A program made the translations under genes and the position numbers. A stretch of 64,000 nt of DNA from a bacterium. Lineage in GTDB: Bacteria; Patescibacteriota; Minisyncoccia; Phycocordibacterales; UBA5272. Shown here piece after piece: positions 1-10,060 of this stretch (within the stretch, counting starts at the first letter, position 1; each line of letters starts with the position of its first letter). The notes under the pieces are model-generated. The model was not told the origin of the DNA. It did not search any database and was given only the letters and a program-made list of their open reading frames with translations. The stretch is from contig JAHFMX010000001.1 in assembly GCA_023267635.1 (NCBI GenBank), positions 3,800 through 67,799 of the forward strand, read 5' to 3'.

Positions 1-834
1 TCCTATGATAATTGCCCAATGTAGAAAACGCTGTGAAGTAATAAACCTTGAAATATAGACCAAGAGTGCAACGCTTACAAAGAATACAACTTGAAGTGCT
101 GTAACAATTTCTGTATCAAGCGGGTGAGGGGTTAAGTACGGAGGAAGTGCTCTGTATGAAATGAAGGCCCCATAGAGAGCAATGAGGATTAGAAATCCAT
201 AGTCATAGAGTTTTAGTCTTAATGAAGAATACGCTGTTGTCATTACTAGCATAAGAGTCATACCGAAAAGGAAATAAGAAGCGTGACGCACAAGGAGTGT
301 TTTTGCTATGAAGGTGTTTTCTACATTCAAGAAATATGCAGCAATACTTACTATAAACCAAAGAGCTGTAAACCAACGTACATGTTTCCATGAAAAGAGG
401 TAGACGAATAATCCAATAGCGACATAGAAAATAAGTTCTATTACAAGAGACCAGTACGCGGCATCTACGAGCCGTGTGTACCCGAAGAGATTTCCCAGAT
501 TTTCACCAAGCATGGTCATACTAATAAGGTACTCAGGGAATTGCACTGGATTACCATTTGGTACAAGAAGCGTGAGAATATATGTGAGCGTACAAATAAT
601 CCAAAAGAGCGGGAAGAGACGAATGAATCGACCAAGAGCAAAAGCTTTTGTTGAAGCATTGGCTACTGATTGAGAAATAACAAACCCACTAATGATGAAG
701 AAAAGAGGGACTCCAAGATTTCCGTACCTATACCAAGAGAGTTCACCGGAGTAGCCTAAGAAGTAATGAAAACTCATTACCCAAAATGCTGCAAAAAACC
801 TAAGGATGTCTAGGAGAGGGAAATAGGATTTCAT
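1..834 (-). CDS. Acyltransferase family 3 (OafA/YrhL-like) integral membrane protein, N-terminal part; the gene runs off the window start
   Basis: Hand translation of the minus strand from ATG at 834..832 is stop-free to base 1: MKSYFPLLDILRFFAAFWVMSFHY..., the typical Acyl_transf_3 N-terminus, followed by many TM helices. It is absent from the ORF track because it has no in-window stop. Confidence 0.55.
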   Translation of the reverse strand, partial: MKSYFPLLDILRFFAAFWVMSFHYFLGYSGELSWYRYGNLGVPLFFIISGFVISQSVANASTKAFALGRFIRLFPLFWIICTLTYILTLLVPNGNPVQFPEYLISMTMLGENLGNLFGYTRLVDAAYWSLVIELIFYVAIGLFVYLFSWKHVRWFTALWFIVSIAAYFLNVENTFIAKTLLVRHASYFLFGMTLMLVMTTAYSSLRLKLYDYGFLILIALYGAFISYRALPPYLTPHPLDTEIVTALQVVFFVSVALLVYISRFITSQRFLHWAIIIG

Positions 835-1639
835 GAGTGTTCGTCTAAGTATACTGGTATGGTACAATAGTTCAATGAAAGACGCTTTTAAAACAGTTTT
901 AGGTCTTAATGCTGTATCTTTATTAGTACTTCTAAACTCTGGATTACGTGCATTTTTGCTTGCATCAAAATCAGCTTTTACAGCTGCTCATGTTTACGAT
1001 TCCAAGAATCTATTGTCTATACCTGAAGTGAAACTTGAAACCATTCTTAATGGAATTGAACCGGTGGTCGCGCTTTCGGTTGCAAAAAATGAAAGCGGAA
1101 GAATGCCTTTAGACCAAGCGATTTCACTCTTGTCGGTTCTCGTAAAAGAGCAGCCAAAAGAAGTTCTTGAGATTGGTACATTTAACGGACATACTACCAG
1201 CCTTATGGCACAAAACTTAGAAAATGCCATTATTCACACAGTAGATTTGCCAGAAGATTTTTCGTCAGAAGTTGACACGCTGAAAGATATTCCGAAAGAT
1301 GATTTTCATCTCATAAGCAAAAGAGAAGTGGGGAAAGAATATAAGAATAAGAGGTTCTCACATCGCGTTGTGCAGCACTTCGGAGACTCTGCAGTGTGGG
1401 ACTTTAAGGAGGCAGGAAATCCAACGTTCTTTTTTATTGACGGATCTCATACATATGAGTATTGTAAAAGTGATACTGAAAAATGTCTGGAGTTATGTAA
1501 AGGTAAAGGTACTTTTTTATGGCATGATTGTGACTTTGGACACCCTGGAGTGGTAAAATTTTTAGCTGAGTTTCGTAAGGGTGGATATGATGTAATGAGA
1601 ATACAGGGCACTCCACTTGCTTACTTAAGTATTAAGTAA
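833..1639 (+). CDS. Class I SAM-dependent methyltransferase (Methyltransf_24 / TylF-MycF-like O-methyltransferase)
   Basis: 268 aa; LEIGTFNGHTTSLMAQNL matches SAM-binding motif I, and FFIDGSHTYEY matches the family's acidic/aromatic motifs. The likely true start is the internal M (MKDAFK..., about 875). The listed start shares CATG with the divergent acyltransferase start. Confidence 0.55.
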   Translation: MSVRLSILVWYNSSMKDAFKTVLGLNAVSLLVLLNSGLRAFLLASKSAFTAAHVYDSKNLLSIPEVKLETILNGIEPVVALSVAKNESGRMPLDQAISLLSVLVKEQPKEVLEIGTFNGHTTSLMAQNLENAIIHTVDLPEDFSSEVDTLKDIPKDDFHLISKREVGKEYKNKRFSHRVVQHFGDSAVWDFKEAGNPTFFFIDGSHTYEYCKSDTEKCLELCKGKGTFLWHDCDFGHPGVVKFLAEFRKGGYDVMRIQGTPLAYLSIK

Positions 1640-1818
1640 TAAAGTATCATCCCTATAAATTGTTAAATTCAAATCTACTGTACTTATATTGCAAAGAAAT
1701 GAAACATCAGATTGAAGTTGGGGGGTGCAAGGAGGGAAGTATCTTCAGTAATGTTTATTTGCCACGTATCGTGTAGCTGTTGAAGGTAGGAGCTGGCGCG
1801 TGACGCTTCAAGAAAAGC

Positions 1819-2286
1819 TTGGCACGAGTAGTTAATTGCATGTATTTAACTAGTATAGCGCATGTTACAATAGTCAGTATGTATCGGAAATATGCTTTAA
1901 AACATGGTGCTAATTTTCTTCAATTTAGTAAATATTTTATTGTCGGAGGGGTAGCTTTTATTTTTGATTTCTCGGTACTTTTTGTTCTTACTGAATATTA
2001 CGCTGTCTCTTATTTAACATCCGCTGCGGTTGGGTTCATTGTTGGACTCAATGTTAATTACTTTCTTGCCAAGTATTTTGTTTTTAAAGAATCAAAAATT
2101 AAGAATCAAAAAAAAGAGTACATGCTTGTGGCAGCGGTAAGTTTCTTCGGGTTGGCACTTAATCAAGGACTTATTTGGGGTTTGACAGAATTACTTGGCG
2201 TGTACTATCTTTTTTCTAAAATAATTTCAACAGTAATTATTTTTGTTTATAATTTTATAGTCCGTAAGATTTATATTTTCACATAA
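1819..2286 (+). CDS. GtrA family protein (polysaccharide synthesis membrane protein)
   Basis: 155 aa with four predicted TM helices; size and FLAKYFVFKE-type motif are typical of GtrA-like proteins; located in a glycan cluster. Confidence 0.55.
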   Translation: MARVVNCMYLTSIAHVTIVSMYRKYALKHGANFLQFSKYFIVGGVAFIFDFSVLFVLTEYYAVSYLTSAAVGFIVGLNVNYFLAKYFVFKESKIKNQKKEYMLVAAVSFFGLALNQGLIWGLTELLGVYYLFSKIISTVIIFVYNFIVRKIYIFT

Positions 2287-2299
2287 TTAAAACATTCCT

Positions 2300-3415
2300 A
2301 TGAGTATCTCTATCAAGAACTTAATCCTACCTCTCATTATTGGATGCGTCGCTTTAACTTTTGTTTTCTCTCAGAATGGTTTTCTTAATGTTCAGACTGA
2401 TACACCTGTATACACTGATCAAATACGGTATTTTGACGGAGAGATTCAGCCAACTGAAAATACAAAACTTCGATCTTTTAAACCGTTTTACGGCATCGTC
2501 GGGTCATTTTTAACACCATTTTTAAGTCCAAGTGAGGCTATTTTAGCTATTAATATAATTTTTTATTTTGGTCTCATTATTTCTACATTCTTTTTTCTTA
2601 AGTTGCTTGGATTTAGTGAATTCTACTCATCGATTGGCGCTTCGTGGGTTGCCACTGGGTATCCTGTTTTAAAATACGGACTAGCGTTACTTACTGATAT
2701 TTCTGGATGGTTTTTTGCAGGTGCTTCTTTGGTAATTTTTCTACTGGCTATTAAACAAGAAAAAATAAAATTATTTATCTTGGCATCAGTGGTAGCCTTT
2801 GTAGGCTCTTTGTGTAAAGAAACAGGAATACTGGGCTTACTTTTTGCGGGGATGTATTTAACAACCCTATTTCTTTTTGAAAGGAAAGTATTGTACATTA
2901 AGCAGCTTTGTGCCGTCGCCATTCCGTTTATTATATTGCAGGGTCTACTTATATACATACTATTTACTACGCAAGCAAATGGAGTATCTTTTTTTGATTG
3001 GTTTTTGTTTAATAAAAATGGGGTAGGGTACGGGCTCCACACTTTGTATTATTTCTCCTTTACAGAAATGGCAACTTTCAGTGTGTTGTGGGTATACGGA
3101 CTGTATTCAGTATATGTTGTTGGTAAAAATCTTAGTTCTTTTCCAAAAAAGAAAGTTATCACTGGAGTTTGTCTTTTCTTAGCCGTCCTTCCTCCTCTGA
3201 TTTGGCCAGTTTTTCTAACACGAGTATTATATATTGGCTATTTATTCATAATTCCTGCAGCACTCCTAGGCCTCTCTTTTTGGGAAGAAAATAATAAAGA
3301 AAAGAAAGTTTTATATAAAACTTTCTTAGTTCTTCCTATTATTGTTTCAGTCTCACTACTTCTTGTCGCTAATGGAGGATCTTTATTTTCTTTAATTAAC
3401 CAAAACGGTTATTAA
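2300..3415 (+). CDS. Polytopic integral membrane protein (possible glycosyltransferase-like or polymerase-like membrane protein)
   Basis: 371 aa, more than 9 hydrophobic segments, no recognisable catalytic motif; context is a glycan biosynthesis cluster. Confidence 0.35.
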   Translation: MSISIKNLILPLIIGCVALTFVFSQNGFLNVQTDTPVYTDQIRYFDGEIQPTENTKLRSFKPFYGIVGSFLTPFLSPSEAILAINIIFYFGLIISTFFFLKLLGFSEFYSSIGASWVATGYPVLKYGLALLTDISGWFFAGASLVIFLLAIKQEKIKLFILASVVAFVGSLCKETGILGLLFAGMYLTTLFLFERKVLYIKQLCAVAIPFIILQGLLIYILFTTQANGVSFFDWFLFNKNGVGYGLHTLYYFSFTEMATFSVLWVYGLYSVYVVGKNLSSFPKKKVITGVCLFLAVLPPLIWPVFLTRVLYIGYLFIIPAALLGLSFWEENNKEKKVLYKTFLVLPIIVSVSLLLVANGGSLFSLINQNGY

Positions 3416-4842
3416 TAACTTACCGCCTTTATTTTGTATTCGTAGACCGAATTTTTACCACCTTCTTTCAGAAACTCCTCCGCGAGAGCAAAACCTGATT
3501 CTATAGAGTTGTCAGAATTATTGTATTTAAACATTCCTGTTCTTCCTAATAAAGCTGTATTGTTATGCTCTAAGTGGTTAACTATAATATCCAATTTTCG
3601 TTTGTAATCAAGATCATAAAAAGGATATGCGTATTTTACGCGAACCACTAGAGAGGATTCCACGTCGCTGCGCTCTAGATAGTTAACCTTAATTGAGTCA
3701 GATATTGTTTTTTCTACCAGCTCAGCATCTGTCATTTGCCATTCTTTTGTATCTTGGAACGCCGTTATGTCAAAGCATACAGATGTTTTACCCTCTGGAC
3801 ACATAAGAGGTGACCAATTGCTAAATTCAACCGCGCGGTTGTAGATAATATCTTTGTCAGGAAAGTAAAGCCAATGATCATTTGAAAGCTGGGGTTTGTT
3901 AATGAAAAGGTAGACAAAAATAATGTCCATATATTTTATTTCACTAAGAGATTTTTCAACTTCTAAATTTTTTCTTTCTTGAAGATTATAGTATGTCTGA
4001 AGAGGGATAGTTGAAACTAGACCTCCATAGGTTACAGTTTGTTCTTGCCCATTAAGACTGTATGTAACAATCTTATTTTCTGTGTTTACAGATAATACGT
4101 TTGCCTCTATTTCTATCTTGGCTCCATTGTTAGTTGCCGCCCGCGCTAGTGCGTCACACATTTCTTGAATACCGCGCATGGGGTAGTAAAACGGCCCACC
4201 GTCTGGTGCCAAGCTGTCATCTTTAAGATTGTAGCTTGAGAAATCAAGAGTAAGAATTTTTTTAATAACTCGTTTAATAAGCTTCCTCATATTTTCTCCT
4301 TGGAAGCGTTGGTCTGCCCAGTCGGCTGAAAGATTTTTTGGATCTGTACGCCAAATTTTAGATGTGTATGGATAACACATAACATTGTATAGTTGTTTTC
4401 CGTAGAGATGAATGAACCATTCTTTATACGACTGAAGCTTGTTGGTTTTTCGATATCGTTTCGCTACTTGATTCCAGAGAAACGAAAATCCACTTGCAAT
4501 GCTTTGGTGAAGCGGCATTGCTGCCAAAAGTTGTTGGATTTCAAAAGGATATTTGAGGTATCGATTAAACATATAGATACGACTCTTTTTGATGTGTTTC
4601 TTCATCTCAAGACCAGGGAGGTTCATTACTTCATTGAGAAGTTCTTTGTTATTTGTGTGAAATCTGTGTGCGCAATAATCTAGATAAAAACCATTATGTT
4701 CAATTGATCGAGAAAGTCCACCAATAAAATCTTCCTTTTCGAGGATGAGTACTGATTTTCCGTGGTCAGTAATTCTTTTGGCAAAACCTAGTCCAGAAAC
4801 TCCTCCGCCTAATACCACGTAATCATAATGTTTTATTTCCAT
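3412..4842 (-). CDS. FAD/NAD(P)-binding oxidoreductase (amine-oxidase / UDP-galactopyranose-mutase-like)
   Basis: N-terminal Rossmann dinucleotide motif YDYVVLGGGVSGLGFAKRI; 476 aa. Confidence 0.5.
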   Translation of the reverse strand: MEIKHYDYVVLGGGVSGLGFAKRITDHGKSVLILEKEDFIGGLSRSIEHNGFYLDYCAHRFHTNNKELLNEVMNLPGLEMKKHIKKSRIYMFNRYLKYPFEIQQLLAAMPLHQSIASGFSFLWNQVAKRYRKTNKLQSYKEWFIHLYGKQLYNVMCYPYTSKIWRTDPKNLSADWADQRFQGENMRKLIKRVIKKILTLDFSSYNLKDDSLAPDGGPFYYPMRGIQEMCDALARAATNNGAKIEIEANVLSVNTENKIVTYSLNGQEQTVTYGGLVSTIPLQTYYNLQERKNLEVEKSLSEIKYMDIIFVYLFINKPQLSNDHWLYFPDKDIIYNRAVEFSNWSPLMCPEGKTSVCFDITAFQDTKEWQMTDAELVEKTISDSIKVNYLERSDVESSLVVRVKYAYPFYDLDYKRKLDIIVNHLEHNNTALLGRTGMFKYNNSDNSIESGFALAEEFLKEGGKNSVYEYKIKAVSY

Positions 4843-4845
4843 AAT

Positions 4846-5757
4846 TTAGAGTTCGTTTTTAAATTCCTGACTATATTCTGATAAGCACACCTTCCAGTTG
4901 CGCATATGGTTAATACCACGAAGTGTGAGTTTTGTGTTGAGTAATTTTTCAGAAGCTGGTCGTGGGGCAAAGTATTCATTTTTGAAGTAATCAGAGTTCA
5001 CTCGGGTAACTTTAATGGAATCTGATAATCCTAGTAATGAAATAAATTCTACAGCAACATCATAACGACTGCAGCTTCCTTCACATACCTGATTGTATAA
5101 ACCATAGTATCCACTATCTATAACCTTTAAAATGGAGTCCGCAAAGTCTACAGTGTAGGTGGGGGTGCCTAGTTTATCGTCCACCACAAAAAGCTCTTTT
5201 GAGCCAGATTTAATCTGTTTATAAATTTTGTTTATAAATTTTTTATCTTTTTCTTTTCCTCCGCCCATCATCCAACCTGCGCGGAAAATATAGTAATCAC
5301 TAAGATATTTTTCTATGAACTGTTCACCGTAATATTTTGATTTTGCATAGTAACTTAGCGGATTAGGGGTATCAAAATCTGTATACTCATCTTTTTCTCC
5401 ACCAAATATACCTGCTGTAGAGATGTACACAAGAAGTGCATTATGTTTCTTTGAAAGGACTGCCGCATTTTCTGCCCCAAGAGCATTTGTGGCCCAAGCA
5501 TTTTCTATGTTTTTTTCGCAATATTCAAGATCTGTGAGGGCAGCTAAGTGAAAAACTATAGTTGGTTTCCATTCAATAAAAACCTGCTCGTATTCTTGTA
5601 TGCTTCTTACATCAAGCTTGCTAAGCCAAGGTTCATTAAGATCAATATCAGTTGCACGCACATTCTCTAACCCATATTTTTCAATGGATTTTTGATAAAA
5701 AGCTTTTCCCAGCATCCCGCCGCAACCAGCGATAAGGACGCGATTATGAGGAGTCAT
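4846..5757 (-). CDS. NAD-dependent epimerase/dehydratase family protein (nucleotide-sugar reductase, RmlD-like)
   Basis: N-terminal VLIAGCGGMLGKAF glycine-rich NAD-binding motif and YAKSKYYGE (YxxxK catalytic dyad of SDR-like sugar enzymes); 303 aa. Confidence 0.55.
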   Translation of the reverse strand: MTPHNRVLIAGCGGMLGKAFYQKSIEKYGLENVRATDIDLNEPWLSKLDVRSIQEYEQVFIEWKPTIVFHLAALTDLEYCEKNIENAWATNALGAENAAVLSKKHNALLVYISTAGIFGGEKDEYTDFDTPNPLSYYAKSKYYGEQFIEKYLSDYYIFRAGWMMGGGKEKDKKFINKIYKQIKSGSKELFVVDDKLGTPTYTVDFADSILKVIDSGYYGLYNQVCEGSCSRYDVAVEFISLLGLSDSIKVTRVNSDYFKNEYFAPRPASEKLLNTKLTLRGINHMRNWKVCLSEYSQEFKNEL

Positions 5758-5833
5758 GGTGGAAAGTATAGCATAGCCAGCAAGGTTTTATATAAATATT
5801 CCCATCAGTAATGACACAGTCCAATATTAATTT

Positions 5834-6952
5834 GTGCATGGTACACTGTGTTACATAATGAAGGATAAAAAAGTGCATTTTTTCAAAGAATTCGTATTTT
5901 TTTCTGCTGGTCCAGTTGGCGATCATGCCCTAATCGTAGATTATGCTAATCGTTTTTTTGAGTCTACAAAAAAAGCTTCAGTTATTTTAATGAAGCACCC
6001 CAGCGCTTTTCTTCAGGATATGGCAATTCCATATTTTGATCACATTTCTTATATTGGTTTCTCAGGTTTATTGGGAAAATTGAAAATGATTTCTTTTGCA
6101 GTTTCTAGTATATGGATTCCAAGATGCTATGTGCTAGTGCTCCCGATACCGCCTCCCACTTACTTAAAAGTATTTTCATTTTTTATACGGTTTTTTACAC
6201 GAAGCAGAATGGTAGCCCTTGATTCCTTGTGTGGGTTTTCTATTCCAGGTGGGCCAGTTCCTTCAGGTCAGTTTGTTGGCAAAGGAAATTATATTCCAGC
6301 GAACGTCTCCACAGAACTTTATTATGAGGGGGCGAATCGTATGCTTGTATTCTTGGGCTATGAACCTGTTGCGCAAGTTCCTAGACTGAATTACATAGAT
6401 ACTCCCGAAGTACTTTCACAGTTTAATCTAAAGGATAAAAAGTATATAGCGATGCATGTGCGCGCATCTGGTTTTGATAGATCACTTCCAGCAGACAGAT
6501 GGAATAAGATTATTAAGGAAGTATGCGAAAAGCTTCCTGAGGTGGTATTAGTTTTTACGGGAATAAAAGAAGATATTCCCTTTATCCAAGAATCACTGGA
6601 AGGGGTTCCTCAGGAAAGAATGAGACTTATCATTGGAGTGACTATGCAGAAACTTCTTACAGTGTACGCTCACGCCAAATTAAACATTACCGTCCATACA
6701 GGCAATGCTCACCTTATTAATATGCTTCATGTTCCGACAGTTACAGTTAATTTCAAAGGTGTCCACATGTTCAGATTTAGTTATAACGAGAAAGGAGTGG
6801 AATTGTTCTCTCCAGACGGGTGTATGTGTCACCCCCTTGAGCGGAAATGTTCTCTAGTTGAATATAAGGGTCAGGGATATATGGCATGTCTGTTTAACAT
6901 TAAAGATGAAGATGTAATTAAGGCAGTTATTCAAAAATATAATGAAAAATAA
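5834..6952 (+). CDS. Glycosyltransferase family 9-like (heptosyltransferase-like)
   Basis: C-terminal pattern LVFTG...TGNAHLINMLHVPTVTV resembles the GT9 donor-binding region (DTGxxHLAaAlgtPtVal). Confidence 0.4.
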   Translation: MHGTLCYIMKDKKVHFFKEFVFFSAGPVGDHALIVDYANRFFESTKKASVILMKHPSAFLQDMAIPYFDHISYIGFSGLLGKLKMISFAVSSIWIPRCYVLVLPIPPPTYLKVFSFFIRFFTRSRMVALDSLCGFSIPGGPVPSGQFVGKGNYIPANVSTELYYEGANRMLVFLGYEPVAQVPRLNYIDTPEVLSQFNLKDKKYIAMHVRASGFDRSLPADRWNKIIKEVCEKLPEVVLVFTGIKEDIPFIQESLEGVPQERMRLIIGVTMQKLLTVYAHAKLNITVHTGNAHLINMLHVPTVTVNFKGVHMFRFSYNEKGVELFSPDGCMCHPLERKCSLVEYKGQGYMACLFNIKDEDVIKAVIQKYNEK

Positions 6953-8189
6953 AATAAACAACGGAATAACGTGGCTTGGAGAAAAATTTGAATTTGATTC
7001 TCATTATTTTGTAAAGAACTCACTCTGGCTTTTAATGGGACAGGTGATGATGTCTCTTGCTGCGTTGCTTGCCACAGTTTTTTTGGCAAACTTTGTTTCA
7101 CAACAGAACTTAGGAGATTACCGTATGATTATTGCTATTTACGTAACTTTGACATTCTTTGCTCTTCCCGGTGTTGGACTAGCCCTTATGCGCTCTATAG
7201 CAAATGGTAATGATGGAGCGATGAAAGAAGCAATTAAAATAAAAACAAAGTTTTCAATCCTATCAATTGTTATTGGAATGTTACTCGCTCTCTATTTTGG
7301 TATTTATAGAGAAAATATTTATTTCGGTTTAAGTATATTAATTGCAACGCTATGTTTACCGTTTATAGAAAATTTTTCTCTATATACCTCCTTTCTCCTT
7401 GGAAAACATGATTTTAAATACAGTTCTTTTAATGCAGGTCTTGTTAAATTGTTTTCTGCTATATCAGTAATATTTGCTTCTTATTTTTACCCAACGGTTG
7501 TTATTTTAGTTGCCGCCTTTTATCTATCTCAGGTGATTGTAACTTTTTTGCAATATAAAATTTTACTTAAAAAATTCCCTATACAAAACAATAAAAAAGA
7601 TGAAGAAATGCTTCCTTATGCCAAGCACATAACGTATGCAGGGATTTTTAGTATGCTTTTTGGACAGGCGGATAAATTTATTCTGTATCATTTTTTTGGT
7701 CCTGTTGTTCTTGCTAAGTTTTGGATAGCGTCAACTATTCCACAAGAGATCAGTAGAGTGATTGGGACTGTCTCAAAAGTGGTTTTTCCTAAATTTGTTA
7801 AGATGGAACATAATCATACAACCAAAAAAATATTATTTAAAAAATTTTGGTTACTAACTATTTTTCTTATTTTATTGTCGTTAATGTATTCTTTAATCGC
7901 TTATCCATTTTTTGATCTCTTTTTTCCTCAATATATAGACGAAGTTCCAAAGTCAATGGTACTTATGTTTGCTTTTGCCGTCACCCCAAGTATGCTTGTT
8001 TGGCACTATTACACAGCAAAAAATAATATTAAAGTTATATACATCAATAGTATGGTTGACCCTGTACTTCAAGTGACTTTATATATTATTTTAATTCCAT
8101 TCTTAGGTGTTTGGGGTTTGGTATATGGTATTTTTATAAAAACAGTAATAATGAACGTATTAGCTTGGCACGTGTTCAGTAAGTACTAA
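6942..8189 (+). CDS. Oligosaccharide flippase (Wzx-like, MOP superfamily) / polysaccharide biosynthesis protein
   Basis: 415 aa, 12-14 predicted TM helices, typical Wzx size and topology, within a glycan cluster. Confidence 0.6.
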   Translation: MKNKINNGITWLGEKFEFDSHYFVKNSLWLLMGQVMMSLAALLATVFLANFVSQQNLGDYRMIIAIYVTLTFFALPGVGLALMRSIANGNDGAMKEAIKIKTKFSILSIVIGMLLALYFGIYRENIYFGLSILIATLCLPFIENFSLYTSFLLGKHDFKYSSFNAGLVKLFSAISVIFASYFYPTVVILVAAFYLSQVIVTFLQYKILLKKFPIQNNKKDEEMLPYAKHITYAGIFSMLFGQADKFILYHFFGPVVLAKFWIASTIPQEISRVIGTVSKVVFPKFVKMEHNHTTKKILFKKFWLLTIFLILLSLMYSLIAYPFFDLFFPQYIDEVPKSMVLMFAFAVTPSMLVWHYYTAKNNIKVIYINSMVDPVLQVTLYIILIPFLGVWGLVYGIFIKTVIMNVLAWHVFSKY

Positions 8190-8191
8190 TT

Positions 8192-9298
8192 TTATTTTTG
8201 TTTTTTAGAATCTAAAAAATTTATAACTATTTTTTTTATTTTTTGTGAGGCTTTACCGTCTCCATAAGGGGATACACCTTTAGCTACTGACTTGTAGTAC
8301 TCTTTATTGTCTAGTAATTTATATATTTCCTTTTTTATTTTATTTTTATTATGTCCAACTATTTTTGCGACTCCGCAAGACACAGCCTCTGGTCTTTCCG
8401 TGTTTTCTCTTAAAATCAACACAGGCTTTCCTAACGCTGGTGCTTCTTCCTGTACTCCACCACTGTCAGTAAGTATGATATAGCTATCCTTCATTGCCTT
8501 TACAAAATCAAGATAGTCTAGCGGTTCTATTAATTTTATGTTTTCTACATTAGATAATTTCTCTTTTGCTAAATTTTTTACGTTAGGATTTGGGTGAACA
8601 GGATAAATAAAGTTTACGTCTTTTCTCTCCTTTGCGATTTCTAAGATGGTATCAAATATTTCCTCTATTGATTTACCGAAATTCTCCCTTCTATGACATG
8701 TTAGTAGTATATTTTTTGTGAGGCCGCTAGGTTTATTTTTTATAGTTTTTGATAATATAAGTAAACTATCTATAACAGTATTTCCTGTGATAAATGTATT
8801 TTTCTTTATGTTTTCTTTTCCTAGATTATCTTTTGATAATTTTGTAGGGCAAAAGTGTAAAGTGGCAAGACCAGACACCAGTAGTCTGTTCATTTCTTCA
8901 GGAAAAGGGTCATAGATGTCATTCGTTCTAAGCCCTGCCTCCACATGCCCTATGGGAATTTTTAAGTAAAAGGCCGCAAGAGAGGAGGCTAGTACTGTAC
9001 TAGTATCACCTTGTACCAACAATAAATCTGGTCTTATTTCACTCAGCTCTTTATACGTTTTAGTTAAAACATTATTTTGAATATCCACTAATGATTGGTT
9101 TTCTTTCATTATATCCAATTCAATGTCTGGTTTTATTTTAAAAAGTTTGAAGATAGGTTTTAATAGTTCCTTGTGTTGCCCAGTAGAAATTGTAATTAAC
9201 TGTATATTTTTATCTTTTTTAAATAAAGATATTATGGGTGCCATTTTTATCGCCTCAGGTCTGGTTCCAATTATTGCAACTATTTTATATTTACCCAT
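8192..9298 (-). CDS. wecB: UDP-N-acetylglucosamine 2-epimerase (non-hydrolysing)
   Basis: N-terminus KIVAIIGTRPEAIKMAPI plus HVEAGLRT and the DSGGVQEEAP motif are diagnostic of WecB/MnaA; 368 aa. Confidence 0.85.
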   Translation of the reverse strand: MGKYKIVAIIGTRPEAIKMAPIISLFKKDKNIQLITISTGQHKELLKPIFKLFKIKPDIELDIMKENQSLVDIQNNVLTKTYKELSEIRPDLLLVQGDTSTVLASSLAAFYLKIPIGHVEAGLRTNDIYDPFPEEMNRLLVSGLATLHFCPTKLSKDNLGKENIKKNTFITGNTVIDSLLILSKTIKNKPSGLTKNILLTCHRRENFGKSIEEIFDTILEIAKERKDVNFIYPVHPNPNVKNLAKEKLSNVENIKLIEPLDYLDFVKAMKDSYIILTDSGGVQEEAPALGKPVLILRENTERPEAVSCGVAKIVGHNKNKIKKEIYKLLDNKEYYKSVAKGVSPYGDGKASQKIKKIVINFLDSKKQK

Positions 9299-9300
9299 AT

Positions 9301-10056
9301 TTATTTTAATTTATTGTGATACTTTATTTTGTACAAAACTTTATTATATAGTTTTTTCCAATCAAACAAAACGTAGTAGGCGGCTTTTAAAAGCATAAGA
9401 AAGTATCTTTTTGGTTTATATTTTAAAGGTTCCCATGTTGCATTAAAATGATGCCTTGTGTAACACCCTTCGGGTATTTTATATCCATATACGGTGGCGT
9501 TTGCGCAAAATACATTATCTGGATATACGTGTAGGTCTTCTTTTCCTATTTGGTATAGATTATTTCTTTTTATACCGTATTTATTGCACATAATATCCGA
9601 AATGGGGTGTACATTTGCAGTGTAGTCTATTACACCATCTTTTATAAAATGTTTAGTGTCGTACCATTTAAGTAGATCATTAATCCAAGGGTGATTTTTA
9701 GTTGCTCCCATTATAGCTGTTATGGGAAACATTGGGCTCTCAAATCCCGTAAAAGCAGAATGCTCTAAAAAAATATCGATAGGTTTATATATCTCCAAAT
9801 CAGAATCAACATAAACACCCCCATATTCTTTTAATGCGTATAGGCGAATGTAATCAGAAACAAACGCCCATTTTTTTAAACTATATGCCTCTTTTACATA
9901 TTGGTGAGATTCTATATCAAAATTTTCTTCATTCCATTCAATTATTTTATAATCAGGGCAGTATTTTTTCCAACTATCAATACACCTTAAAACTAGAGCT
10001 GGTTTTGGATTTTTTCCAACCCAGACAAAGTGTAAAATTTTTGGTATTTGTTGCAT
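9301..10056 (-). CDS. Glycosyltransferase with DXD motif (Gly_transf_sug / GT32-like)
   Basis: IPKILHFVWVG...YKIIEWNEENFD is typical of this GT family. The start is trimmed to M42 (ATG at 10056) to avoid overlapping the upstream GT2 gene; the track lists 9301..10179. Confidence 0.6.
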   Translation of the reverse strand: MQQIPKILHFVWVGKNPKPALVLRCIDSWKKYCPDYKIIEWNEENFDIESHQYVKEAYSLKKWAFVSDYIRLYALKEYGGVYVDSDLEIYKPIDIFLEHSAFTGFESPMFPITAIMGATKNHPWINDLLKWYDTKHFIKDGVIDYTANVHPISDIMCNKYGIKRNNLYQIGKEDLHVYPDNVFCANATVYGYKIPEGCYTRHHFNATWEPLKYKPKRYFLMLLKAAYYVLFDWKKLYNKVLYKIKYHNKLK

Positions 10057-10060
10057 ATTA

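Noticed and set aside
203-673. ORFs 203..391 (-) and 476..673 (+)
   Set aside because: Both lie inside the hand-translated, stop-free acyltransferase-3 reading frame (1..834, minus) in other frames.
1368-1616. ORFs 1368..1556 (+) and 1434..1616 (-)
   Set aside because: Embedded in or antisense to the methyltransferase CDS 833..1639.
2623-3042. 139-aa minus-strand ORF
   Set aside because: Antisense to the 2300..3415 polytopic membrane protein gene; no motif.
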